DNA of 64,000 bases. Origin: the human T2T-CHM13v2.0 reference genome, Homo sapiens. The stretch is taken from assembly GCF_009914755.1 (NCBI RefSeq), contig NC_060932.1. One strand, given 5' to 3'. The position numbers and the translations under genes were made by a program. Below the pieces are notes generated by a model, which worked only from the letters and a program-made list of their open reading frames with translations, did no database searches and was not told the origin of the DNA. Below, one piece after another: positions 27,831-40,559 of the stretch (position 1 is its first letter; each line of letters starts with the position of its first letter).

Positions 27831-28059
27831 GATAAAAGACATGTCATGAGTCTGTCAGAGAACTTTCTAGAAGTGTGTTGTTCCTTGATGGTGATTTGCT
27901 TGTGTATTCAAAATCATGCACTTTTCACCACAGCCAGTGTGCTGGTCTTTGGGTAGGTCCCTGGGAAGGCCAGGTATGGAGGGAAACACAAATAAACACA
28001 AATAAAATGTAAAGAAAACTGCAGACAGAAAACTCAGTACCTCAGCTGCAGATCTCCAT

Positions 28060-28275
28060 TTTATGGATACTTCCTATGTTCAGGTAGTTTGTTATGCATT
28101 TTACACAATACCTAATACATTGAATCTTCATCTAAAAAACAAAACGAAACAAAAATCACTTTGAGGTGAGCAGAAGTATCTTCATTGTACAGTTGAGGAA
28201 GGGAAAGTTGAGTAACTTGCTCAAGATTCCACAGCTCATGTATGAAATCCAGGTCAATCCAGTCCTCCTCAAAGG
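28060..28275 (-). mobile_element. MIR SINE
   Basis: TACAGTTGAGGAA...AGTAACTTGCTCAAGATTCCACAGCT. Confidence 0.75.
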
Positions 28276-28519
28276 TTTCTCTATCAGTTTCCAAAAGCAG
28301 GCCAGCTATATTCCTTCCCCACTGAGCGTGCACTCTCATTCCCTGCAAGCCCGAAGGTAGCTGCAAATTCATGAATTTGAAACTCAGCCATGAGGCAAAA
28401 ATGATTTAGAAACCCTGGCTCAACAGATAATGGTCTAAAGAGAGTTGGGAGCCCTCAAACTTCTTCCCTGTCTCTTCCTGTGTTTCCTGTGAGCCTTCAC
28501 CAAAACATTTAACTCTCAC

Positions 28520-28810
28520 CTTTGAAAACTGCATGTGCTCCTCCTGTTGCCTGAAATACTCCATGGAGAACTCTTCCATAGGCCCTCTGTAAGCCTGTAT
28601 GCTGTGCCCTGCACAATTGCTTCCTCTGAATAAATCAGAAACATTCTTTTTATGCATGTCTCTTTTAGCTTCAGCAGTTCACAGTACTTTAATCTCTTGC
28701 TCACATATCATGTCTCCTACTTTTCTGGGCAGTCTTCAAAAGCCAAGTACTCTCTCTTAGTTATCTTAGCTCAGTGATATTTATTAACATGCACTGAACA
28801 ATTGAACAAA
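28520..28810 (+). mobile_element. L2 fragment
   Basis: GCATGTGCTCCTCCTGTTGCCTGAAATACTC through a degenerate TGAA-rich end. Confidence 0.5.
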
Positions 28811-29213
28811 TCAAAAGATGGATGTCTTACACATATACAAACAACTATCTGTTTAGAGCTTTGAGCGTCAGAAAAAGAATGATATCTGAATCCAATGCAC
28901 AATTTTTAGAAACTTGCAATCTGTGTTTAAGACGGTAATTTTTTTTTAAATATCCTTCTAAAAAATGAGATAAATTGAAGTATCTCTGCCCTCTTATTTT
29001 GAAAATAGGATCTCACCACTCTCATGGGACACACAATCAGAAATTAAGGGTGGAGAGGCAGTTGAATAAATATTTATTAAATTGAATTGTATGTAACTGA
29101 ACTGAATTAAACTGAAAGGCAGACTTAGCTTCGGATGGAGATCATCGAGCTGTTTGGGTGGAGAGTCGACCCTAAGGAGAGAAAAGGGTTGTTAGGGGGC
29201 CTGAGCTCTGGGT

Positions 29214-29390
29214 CTGGACTTCTCAACCCTGGCTTCATATTATAATCACCTGGGGAGCTCTAAAAACTTGTGGATACACGGTTCCCACCCTTAGGATATT
29301 TAATTTAATAGGACTGAAGTGAGACCTTGGATCAGTGTTTTTTAAAGCTCCCTAGGTGTTTTTAATGTGCAACCAGCCATGAGATGACTC
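29214..29390. mobile_element. MER5-family hAT MITE
   Basis: TTCTCAACCCTGGCT...AATCACCTGGGGAGCT...TTTTAAAGCTCCCTAGGTG...TAATGTGCAACCAG. Confidence 0.85.
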
Positions 29391-31189
29391 CTCCAGAAAA
29401 AAAAAAAAAAATTTTAAATGGTTACTTCCTCATACCTGCAATTCCGTAGCTGGGGAAGCAAAAAACAGAAATTTGGTCTCTGGTAGTGGGTCCACTTCCA
29501 CCCCATTTCAGACTCTACAGACCAAGCTTGCCTGCAGCCTGTACCTCCAAAATGTGGAGGTGGGGAGGTCTAAGAAAGAGGGGGATCACTTGCAAATATA
29601 AGGAAATCAGACGCACCCGGTGCTACAGAAATGGGCCAGGAGAAAACTCAGCATTTTGACTGGGATTTTGTTCCAACCAAGCAACTCTCTTCTACTTTCG
29701 TTGTGTACGGTTGGCACCAGGTAAGGAGATCCAAAGAAAACACCAGGGAAATATTGTGATATTGCCACAGCTGTGCCTCAATCGGAAAAAAAAAAAAAAA
29801 AAGCCTGAGGCTTCCCCTTCTCTTTAACGCTTCTTCAGCACTTTGTTTTCCTGTTTGGAAACAAATGAAACTGAAAAAGTTTCAGGATGCTTTTCTGCAA
29901 TTACACAATCCTTTCCCTCCTTTCTCCCATCCAAAAGCCTGCAAAACGGCAGCACTTTATTTTCCATCCAGAGCAACTGGACGTTCCCCAGGAGGTAACG
30001 CTCCCCCTGTAGCTGCCGCCCTGCAAGAAACTCAAAAAGCACTTGACATCTACGCTTAAGCGTTGTGTTTTTCTGCTGCAATTCCAAAAGCCTCTTGAAG
30101 ATTTCATGTTTGTATTTTCCCCTTTTTCTGGCTTCATGCGCTCCTATGTAAATGAAGAAAGCTCCTCCAGTAGGAAAGAATGGCGCCTTTGGAGCAGTTG
30201 CTGATTTCATACACATTTGCTCCCATTTAAAGCAACTTTGCATATAACAGCATTTTGTGCTGCTTAAAGGAAATCTAGAACAATTTAAGAAGCCCTTTTA
30301 AAAATCAATTCCAATGAAGGACAAAGCAAATAAAAATGAAGCCATACACATTCATCTGAGAAAGAAATATTGCAGCTGTATTTCTGAATGTTATTAAATT
30401 TTACTTATTTCAGTCTTGCGTTATCTAGTTATTAAATATGCAACATTTTCCCTGCTAAATCTTTTCTAATGTAGGCACTTCAGGTTTGACTACCTCATCC
30501 AATTTTTATGATTATGTTTTTGCATTTACCTTTCAGTATTACTGAAACTCCATACTACCACCCACCCCAGCCGATATGGAAACTTTTTAAAATAAAATAA
30601 AGGAGTAAAATTCAGGAAAGTTATGGCCAAGGTAATTTCTCATTGGTTCTGTCTTCCCTAGGACCAGGCAGGGGAGGCAATAAAGAAGTGCCGTTGCGGC
30701 AAAGGAAAATTAAGAATACCAAAACGGTCGTTATTTAAAAGTTCATATTTTGTGAGTTGTAAAATGTTTGCATTAATTTTGAATATTACATTAAAGTATT
30801 ATTTATCTTGCTTATGGAGTTTTTTGGCACACCTTTAATTTTGTGCCTGAATCCCAGTCTTGGTTCTCCTTGAAGGACAAGGAGACAGTCACATAGACTG
30901 ACACAGCAGAGAGTTCACAGTTAGATGTAATGTGACTCTTTACATTGGGGTGTTGAGAATTCTGCAGCCTACTTATCTCTGTGTATTGTTGATGAAGATA
31001 TCCCAAACAAGAAGGTTAATGTGATTCATTTCTCAGGAATCTTGGAGGCCCTTGAAAACTGTATGAGTCTGCAGGTTGTTGCTAGAAGTAAATCAAGGTC
31101 ACCAGACTAAAGAGGTGCCCTCTTAACGAAACCAGAGCCTCAACCCAGAGTGCCTGTGTGCCCTACCTTGGGAAGCAAACTGACATTTA

Positions 31190-31360
31190 ATTTAATTCAA
31201 CAACATCCCCACTAATCCCCTCCCATGGGTCAGACACTGTACTTAGTGCTACTGATATACCTGTGAACACGATAGTCTCAGCACCAATCCTCCAGAGTTC
31301 ACAGCCTAGTGAAAAATTTTTAAAAATAATATGACACAGATGCACTATGATAAAAGTAGT
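31190..31360 (-). mobile_element. L2 3' end
   Basis: ATTCAACAACAT...CAGACACTGTACTTAGTGCT...GAGTTCACAGCCTAG. Confidence 0.7.
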
Positions 31361-31369
31361 AAAAGAAGG

Positions 31370-31892
<523 letters not shown>

Positions 31893-34254
31893 TCACACCC
31901 ATCAGTAGGACATGTGCTTCGAGTTGTTTTCACAGTAGTAATTATGGCTCACACTCAGCTATCTACACCCTCTAGACTGGCTTCATTGGTGACCAAGGAC
32001 TCACATTTGTTAAACAGCTGGACAAGAGCAGAGGTGCCAAGTCTTCTAACAAAACAATTTATCTCACTTCAAAACTAAAGCGTATTAGAAATCAAACCTT
32101 CATCCTCAGGTTCATTATCATCGATGTGGCTGCCAGTACTATCCTATCAGTTACTTCATTATGACGACTTTGAAGCAGTTTATTTAAGATTCATTGTTGC
32201 GGTCATAAGTTGAAAGGAGCTAGAGGAAGATGGAAGAGAGGATGGTCAAGAGAAGATTATTTACTTAATTCTCACCTTTGTGTGTGGGATATTATCCCAC
32301 CAGGACTCTATGGATTTAGAGAAAAAGGCTGAGTTCATTGATATGAATCAATTTAACCTACAAGGAAGGTGAAATACCTAAGTCTGAGCCTATCTCCCAC
32401 AAACTCTATCTTCACAAAGTGAAATCTAGGTCACTTATTTCTTGAACTCAATAGACACTGAAGCAGATGACCCTGTCATTCCCATCTCTCATATTCCCTT
32501 CCAGGTGGAGGACAATCATTGGCACAGTGCTCTTGGCTCCTCTCCATCCTCTCACTCCCTCCGCACTGACTGGTGAGTTTGGAATGAGAATGAAGACCTC
32601 TGTCACCTCCTCTAGGGAGCAAGCTCTTAGGAGGGAACACATGTTCTCTGGTCTTCTTGTGTGAAGCCAGTGCCGAGGCCAGTTGAAAGGATAAACCTGG
32701 CTCCTTGTGGAGTTGTCCAAGAGGAAGCCACAGACACATGCCTTAGTCTTCATTCTTGGTTCCATCAATCATAAAAGTGATATCTTGATCTCCACTTCTT
32801 TTACTGCTTGATTTTCTCTCTTAATTGGTTCAGCTCTTAAGCAGGGAAGATGGCTGCTATTTCTTGCCCTATGCCTCTATGACCCTCAAATTTTCCCTTA
32901 GCATCTAATCATTTAGACTGAATCAACCAGGTAACCAATTCTAGCAGTGTCACAATGAAATGCTGGAGCTGGAAAGAATCTTCAGAAGGCTTTGAAATCA
33001 ATCTCCTCCCTTTCAATGTAATAAGGTATCATGCAATAGCACTAACTGGGCACTTAACATGTCCTCCTTTGCCCAGCAATTCTTTAACATACGTCATCTA
33101 TTACCAATAGTCCCATTTTGTAGATGAAGAAAGTTTTCAAATTTGAAACAGGTCATATAACAATCAGTGGATGAAAGCCAGGTTTGTTTAAATGCAGAGA
33201 CCCCTAGATTAATGTAGGTCATGAGTCTTTATGTCACCAGGTGGATGCTCACATTCTGCTTAAAGATCAAAGACAATAGTTGATTGAAGGAGCATTAGAG
33301 AGCAAGGTTCATAATGACACATTTACAAGTTCAAGGGTGACTAGAGCCTTGGGGCCAGCATGTCTTCACTAAAAGTCTTTCCCAGTCTGAGCATGACACT
33401 AAAACCCTGAAACTTGTCAGTATAAAGCATTGTTCCAGCAGTAAATGCAGGAAAAAAAATGTAAGCTCTGCTGGGCAGATTGACTAGGGAAATGTGGTGC
33501 TTCTATCAGAAGTTTGTACTTTTAAGATTCCCTTGTGTTTTAGTGGCACCAACACACAAAGGGAATGAGGCCATTTTGATCTCCAATAATGAGAAACATG
33601 GCTGACTTTCAGACCTGAAACTATTTAACACAAGTTAATTTTTCAAACAAATCTGGAATGAAATGAGGGAGAAAAAATAATCTTATGATGGGAGACATCA
33701 ACTAATGGATTACATTTCTTTCTTCTCAATTAGAAATGGCAGAGGGGTTTTCATTATTTTTCCTTAGCATCAAAACATATCTACACAAAAACACAGCAAA
33801 TATGTTATAAACTTATTTAAGCCAAAGAGCTCGTCAACACTGTTTGCAATTATGAAATCATTTGGGGATATGGTATTTTTTTGGAAGGAATTGTTTTTCT
33901 CTTAGATGCAAACCACATCACAGCCCGTCAGACATAAATCTTTTATTGTATCTTCAAGAGCAAAAATGTAAATTGTGCAACAAAGGCGCCACTGATAAAA
34001 TGCAACTAGTCCCCCAGAATCATCTGGGTGATCTCATTATTTAGGGGAGATAACAGGAAATGTCATGCTTTTAAAAATGCTCTTTTGGGGGAAAGAATGT
34101 TGAAATTAAATGCTGCCTAAGGAATTCCAAAGAAGAATTATTGGGAACTCTAGCTCCCCAATGCCATATGTTATCACAAGCACGAAAGGAAAAGGAGGCT
34201 TTTTTACAGACTTCTTTGTCATTCGGTGAGCAATGAAGGGCTTGGTAGAGATGT

Positions 34255-34500
34255 AATAAAGCAATATAATACACTTGATAAGAGCACAGCTTCAGAAGCC
34301 AAACTACCTGCATCTTTCTTCAGGCCCTGCCACTTAACAACTGTATAATCTAACCTATCTGTTCTTCAGTTTCTTTGCCTAAAACTGGGGAAAAGAACAA
34401 GAGACCAACTATTCTTATTAAATGATATAAATGTAAAACTTAAATATATATTCTGTAGATGTTTATTATCATCATAATTATCACCATCATTATTATCATT
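34255..34500 (+). mobile_element. MIR with (CAT)n-like tail
   Basis: AAGAGCACAGCTTCAGAAGCCAAACTACCTG...CTGCCACTTA...CTTCAGTTTC. Confidence 0.7.
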
Positions 34501-36669
34501 ATGTAAGTTTTCAGCAGGAATATACGACAGAATATTAGACTTAAGTCATAGTCTAGAAGTGGTGCAGGGTCAGATAAGAGCGTCCGAAATAGGAATTTAC
34601 ACACTCAAAAACCAGAGCCAGAAAACCAAAAAGAAGAATAAAATGAGCTAGGAACTCAAAGGGCAATTTGGGTCATGAAGAAAAGTCCAAGGATGACAAC
34701 TTCAGAACGGTGTCTATGGTTCAACTATTGTTTCTGATTCAACCTTATCATACCAGAGATATGTCATAGAATCATTCTTCCTTTGTCATCTTCATCTAAT
34801 CAATTACCTGTCCCTTACCTTATTCTGGGTTCTGAAATCCTTATCTTCAGTTAATATAGAGAACACAGACCCCAGCCATGATGGACTTGGATTCAGCAGC
34901 ATGTCCCCAGTTCCTGAGAGGCATGGCAAAGGGGTGATTACAAGACAAGGGCCAACATTGGGGTAAAAGGCAAATATTTTCTCACAGGAAGAAACAAAAG
35001 CTCAGAGTCTGAATCCAAGAAGATAGTCACTGTCAAATCCACAACAACTTTATGTTCATGGAGTTGATGATGATTTTACCCGGGAATTATTTTTAAAAGT
35101 CAATTTTGAGGCTTCATATGAATCACAATCCTTGGAGATGAGTTTAGAAATCTGAAAAATGTTTCCCAGGATATTTTCATACACATTAAACTTTGAGGAC
35201 AACTGGACTAGAAGCTGAGCTGGTCTAGGGCACGAGATCTCAGGAAATGTAGCAGGATCAATCAATCGACAAGAACCGTAGGAGTCAGTCAATTATTACA
35301 TGCATGGTCCGATCCTCCAAACACCTTCAATGCGAATTTTATTAGATTCAACACTTTCAACTCTTCACCATCTAATGAAGGCTATTAGAAATTGTGGGGA
35401 GCAGAAATAACTTGTGATAGAATTCTATTTCCCTCATTATAGAATGAAAATTTCAGTGTAGTGGTACATTAGACTCAATTGTGTTGACTGTTAAACTTTG
35501 AAGACTTGCCCCCTTTGGGATCCACCATTATCCAAGGACGATAGGATAAGACTAAAAAGTAGGAAGATGAAATTACTGCATGGGACGGTGGGGGGAGGGA
35601 GTTGCAGCAGAAATAGGAAACAGACAAACACACTAAGCCTTGGATGGTATTTCCAGCATTGAACCAAGTAAGAAATATCTCTGAGAATTTGAAAGGTTTT
35701 CAAGTGGAATAAGAAAACAATGAAATGAACTAACATTTACTGAGCACTTGTATGTGAAACTAGGTGTAGATACCATGCAGGACTTTTCTACTCTCTAAGT
35801 TAACACCTTGCCTGTGGCCCTCTCCTGAAGGAAATTGCCATGCATGTCATCCCGGATATGGTACAACCATGGCGAACTTTTGAAATAGGACATTCTATCA
35901 TGCCAGGTGGGCCCTAGGCACAATAAAACACCTGACACAGGGGCAGATAAACTACTTCCTGCCCAACAGCCTATGGGGTCACCTAATTCAAAAGTTCTAC
36001 TCTTACCTAGCAATTAAACAGACTACTCAGATTCCCTTGGAGATTTGTACTAAAGACCTGAGTTTCTCCTTTAATCCTTACCTTGACCTGACAGTACTAG
36101 AGATTCTCTTTTCATTTTAATAATGAGCAGGTGGAAGCTGAGTGAGGATAAACAATATTCCATGTTAGAAAGATGTAACCTCAGATCTTTGTGATGCCAA
36201 GGCTTGCACTTGTATAGAAGATAGACCTAGAATCTTTAAAATGATGTTACAAAATGAAAATCAATAAAGAGTTCTGTAACAACTGGAACCATGCCAAAGT
36301 GAGCCATTGAAAGATCAGTGGAAGTTTCCACACAAAAGCTGGATAACTTCTGCTTGGGGAGGCCATTCTGGGAAGAAAAAGCTAAACAAGATGACTTCCA
36401 CAATCTTCCAACCTAAGATACTGTAACTTATTGGCAAGCAGAGTGGCACCACATTAGGTTAATCCTTTTTTGTCTTGGCAAAAGTAAATTGTATTCTTCT
36501 TGCAGAAACTTCTACTGGCAGTGCAGTTGCCTTCTGAAAGTAGAAAATAAGCTGGGAAAACTGTTTTTTTTTCTCAGGATCTTCAGAGAAGGCTTATGGC
36601 AGAGTGGGATTATAGGAATATGCAAAGTATGATTATGCACCACAATGATTTAAAATGCTGGTAAAAGTA

Positions 36670-36850
36670 GGTTTATATAGTGGATCTGCCTCTTAGAAGC
36701 TATATGACTTCGGGCAAGTTCTTTGACCTTTCTGAAATGTACTTCCTCCTTTGAAACAACCTACTTCACAAGCTTGTGAGAATAACATGATGCATATCCA
36801 GCATTTAGCACAAGGCACATGACAAACTGCCAATAAATGGTAACCATTAC
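36670..36850 (+). mobile_element. MIR SINE
   Basis: GCTATATGACTTCGGGCAAGTT...GCATTTAGCACAAGGCACAT...CAATAAATGGTA. Confidence 0.7.
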
Positions 36851-37149
36851 CTGTCATACAGTAAAGTTGGTTGACGGGACACCCACGTGTTTTTGAGCTG
36901 CTGTGTCACCCTAATGCTTGGCCAGAGGCAGTTCCTGAAAACTGGGTGCATACAGAAATCATGTTTGGAATGAGACTGAAGTGTCATATGTAGTCTTTCA
37001 GTTCAAAAGTTTATAGGACCAAAATGAAAAGTAAGTATTGATTTATAGCAAGAGATATGAACATCAGGTTGGCCAAAAACAGAGTTTTGAGACAACTCAT
37101 ATTGAGCATGTATTTGCTGGTGACCCTTAACATAGTGTTTCACACCACA

Positions 37150-37797
<648 letters not shown>

Positions 37798-38414
37798 GTC
37801 CCAGTCAAGAAATTTCTATGTTTCATGCCTCCACTATGGGCCAGGCACTGTAACAAAAGCTTTAGATGCAACATCTTTTTTGAGTGAGAATGGATCTCAC
37901 AGAGGTTAACTACCTAAGCTCAAGCAGCTTACTGAGGGCAGAATCTCAATTTGAACTTTTCCTTGTCTTTCTCCAAAGCCTGGATATTTTCCATATGTTA
38001 CAAAGCCTTCATGGCTGGAGCAATCTCAGTATTAACCAGAAGTATCATTTACAGGTTTGCTTTGACTTCTCTCGTTTTCTTTTCTTTACAATAAACTAGG
38101 AGTTATACCCTTCATTTATTAGAAAGAAAAAAAAACAAAGCAAACAAATTATTATTTCAATTTCCTTCTTCTAGACAAACTCAGTTATACATTGCTGTGA
38201 TGAAAAGCTTAAGTAAATGTGTGATTATCCTATAAATAATGCACAAGCTGGTATCCATGCAGAGTAAAGCTTAGTTCCCTACTTTTGGGGTTTTAGAGTA
38301 ATAATCAAATCTCTTTTTCCCCAAATGAAAAATAGATATATGAGTCAAACAGAAGATGAACATATAAGGTGTATTTCCATTAAAGCTAAATTCGAAAACA
38401 AAGCTTGGTACCAC

Positions 38415-38833
38415 ACTAGATCTCCTTTAGCCGAAGGTGGGTACCAGTGCACCCACTCCAGCTACCATGAGTATTGACTGCGTAACATCTCGTAGATGAC
38501 TCCCTTATCTGAAGAGTTGTCCTCAGCTGATGGGGCTACTTCATCTGAGAAGTTAAAAGCCCACCATCCACTCCCTGCCCCATCCCCCACAGCCCATCAG
38601 CCCTCTTGTTTCAAAAACAAGAGACTGTGCCCTGGTCTCTATGTGCTGGCGCCTTCTGCTATGGATCAGGTGCACTTACACTGAGGCCACATCCTTGTTT
38701 GCTCAGCTCTTCTCCCTTTCCTATTCTGCTCACCTCCCTCCACTGTGGGTTTTTCTGCTGAGCACTCTCAATAAACCACATGCATGTAAACCCTCGCCTT
38801 GGGATCTTCTTCTAGAGAGCCTAACCTAAGACA
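38415..38833 (+). mobile_element. LTR16-family (ERVL) LTR
   Basis: CTGAGGCCACATCCTTG...GAGCACTCTCAATAAACCAC...CTTCTAGAGAGCCTAACCTAAGACA terminus. Confidence 0.8.
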
Positions 38834-39319
38834 CTTGGCTTAGATTGAGGTTACAATCAGGCTTTCTAATTCTACCACCCATATGCACCCTGAACTTAAC
38901 TTCATGCCCCCACCCAAATCATAGGAACAGCTGGACACCAGCAAGGATACCCTGGTTTTCACAGAGAAGGAGAGGTCAGAAAGAACCCCAACGTGTTTTT
39001 CCTACACTTCTCCCTTCCTGGGGAGCAGAGCAAGAGTTTCCTTCTGACTACACACAGAGCCTTTGTGTGAAGTTGGAGAAAAACACCCGTGATGGTGGAG
39101 CCTACCCCAGTGTGGGCACAGCTTAGTGACACAAGCATAGCTCAATTCCAGCTGCTCTCTGCCTCCTGTCCTGGTTGCTCTGTGCTGGACTAACTTGAAG
39201 AGCAGTGATGAAACTTCCGCTCGCTTCTATGGAAATATGAGTCAGGGATAAGCTCCCCTCCTCACCACCCATATTGGGAGGAGCAAAAGCAACAAATAGA
39301 CAAGAAAATATTTAATCTT

Positions 39320-39530
39320 GCAGTTCAAATCTTAGCTTGCCCACATATTATCAGTGTGAACGAAGGCAAGCTATTTCACCTCTCTTTGGCTTCACTTCTT
39401 CATCTTTAATGTAGTGATAATAAAAGTATATTCCTCATATGGTTGAGCGAAGATTAAATGAGTTAATACATATAAAGTGCCGAGAGTAACCCCTGACACA
39501 TTGTAAGCTCTTAATAAATGTGAGATCCCG
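39320..39530 (+). mobile_element. MIR SINE
   Basis: GGCAAGCTATTTCACCTCTCT...AGATTAAATGAGTTAATACATATAAAGTGC...TAATAAATG. Confidence 0.85.
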
Positions 39531-40079
39531 TTGCTCATCATAAACGCACATGGGAAACTCGAACTGTGCACCCCACTCATTTCGGAAGACAAGGCTAGGA
39601 AAAATGCCACCCTCCGAAATTGAAACAGGTGAAACTAATCTGTGATAGAAGCGATTGCCTCTCTAGAGAAATAGCTCCATCTTAAGAAGATGGTTCGTAA
39701 GCTGTTTTCTTATGAGAAAATGCAGACTCCCAAAACTCTAGCTAGGCAATCCAGTTACCAGTGAAAGCAAAGCTCCTAAAGAATATGCTCAGAAAAGTAA
39801 TTGATGTGTAATAATTGTTAAAGAAAGTTATGGGCATCTCAACTATGCTGTATATACTTACCAAATAACATGCTTCAATAATATTATCTTTGGTGGCTGA
39901 TGTAGGAAAAGTATTGGTTAATAAGAGTTTGCTTTGCTTATCCAGTATTGTCTGAAGTAGAAAAAAATGCATTTGGTGGACAGAAGTATCCTAGTTACAA
40001 GGAAATTATACTCCACAACAAAGTAGAAATAATTCATGGGGCTGTAATACTAATAGAGCAACACATTACTATTATAGAA

Positions 40080-40250
40080 CAGTAGTCTTTTCAGCAGGCT
40101 TCCAGACCAGCAGCATTAGCATGACCTGAAGACTTGTTAGAAATGCAAATTCTTGGGCTCCATTCCTTGAGCAGAGACCCTGGGAATGGGGCTCAGCAAT
40201 CTGTCTTTTATAAGACTTCTGGGTGATTCTAGCACACACTAGAGTGAACC
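40080..40250. mobile_element. MER5A
   Basis: GACCAGCAGCATTAGCATGACCTG...CTTGTTAGAAATGCAAATTCTTGGGC...GGGGCTCAGCAATCTG. Confidence 0.9.
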
Positions 40251-40255
40251 AAAGG

Positions 40256-40559
40256 GGCCGGGTGTGTTGGCTCACACCTGTAATCCCAGCACTTTGGGAA
40301 GGCAAGACAGGTGGATCACTTGAGGCCAAGAGTTCAAGACCAGCCCGGGCAACATGACAAAACCCTGTCTCTACTAAAAATACAAAACTTAGCTGGGTGT
40401 GGTGGCACACACCTGTAATCCCAGCTACTTGGGAGGGTGAGACATAAGAATCACTTGAACCTTGGAGTCAGAAATTGCAGTGAGCCAAGATCATGCCACT
40501 GCATCCTAGCCTGGGCAACAGCGTGAGCCCTTGTCTCAAAAAAAAAAAAAAAAAAAAAA
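40256..40559 (+). mobile_element. Old Alu (AluJb/Sz-like)
   Basis: Full dimer with A tail; CACTTGAGGCCAAG, GTGAGCCCTTGTCTC. Confidence 0.93.
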
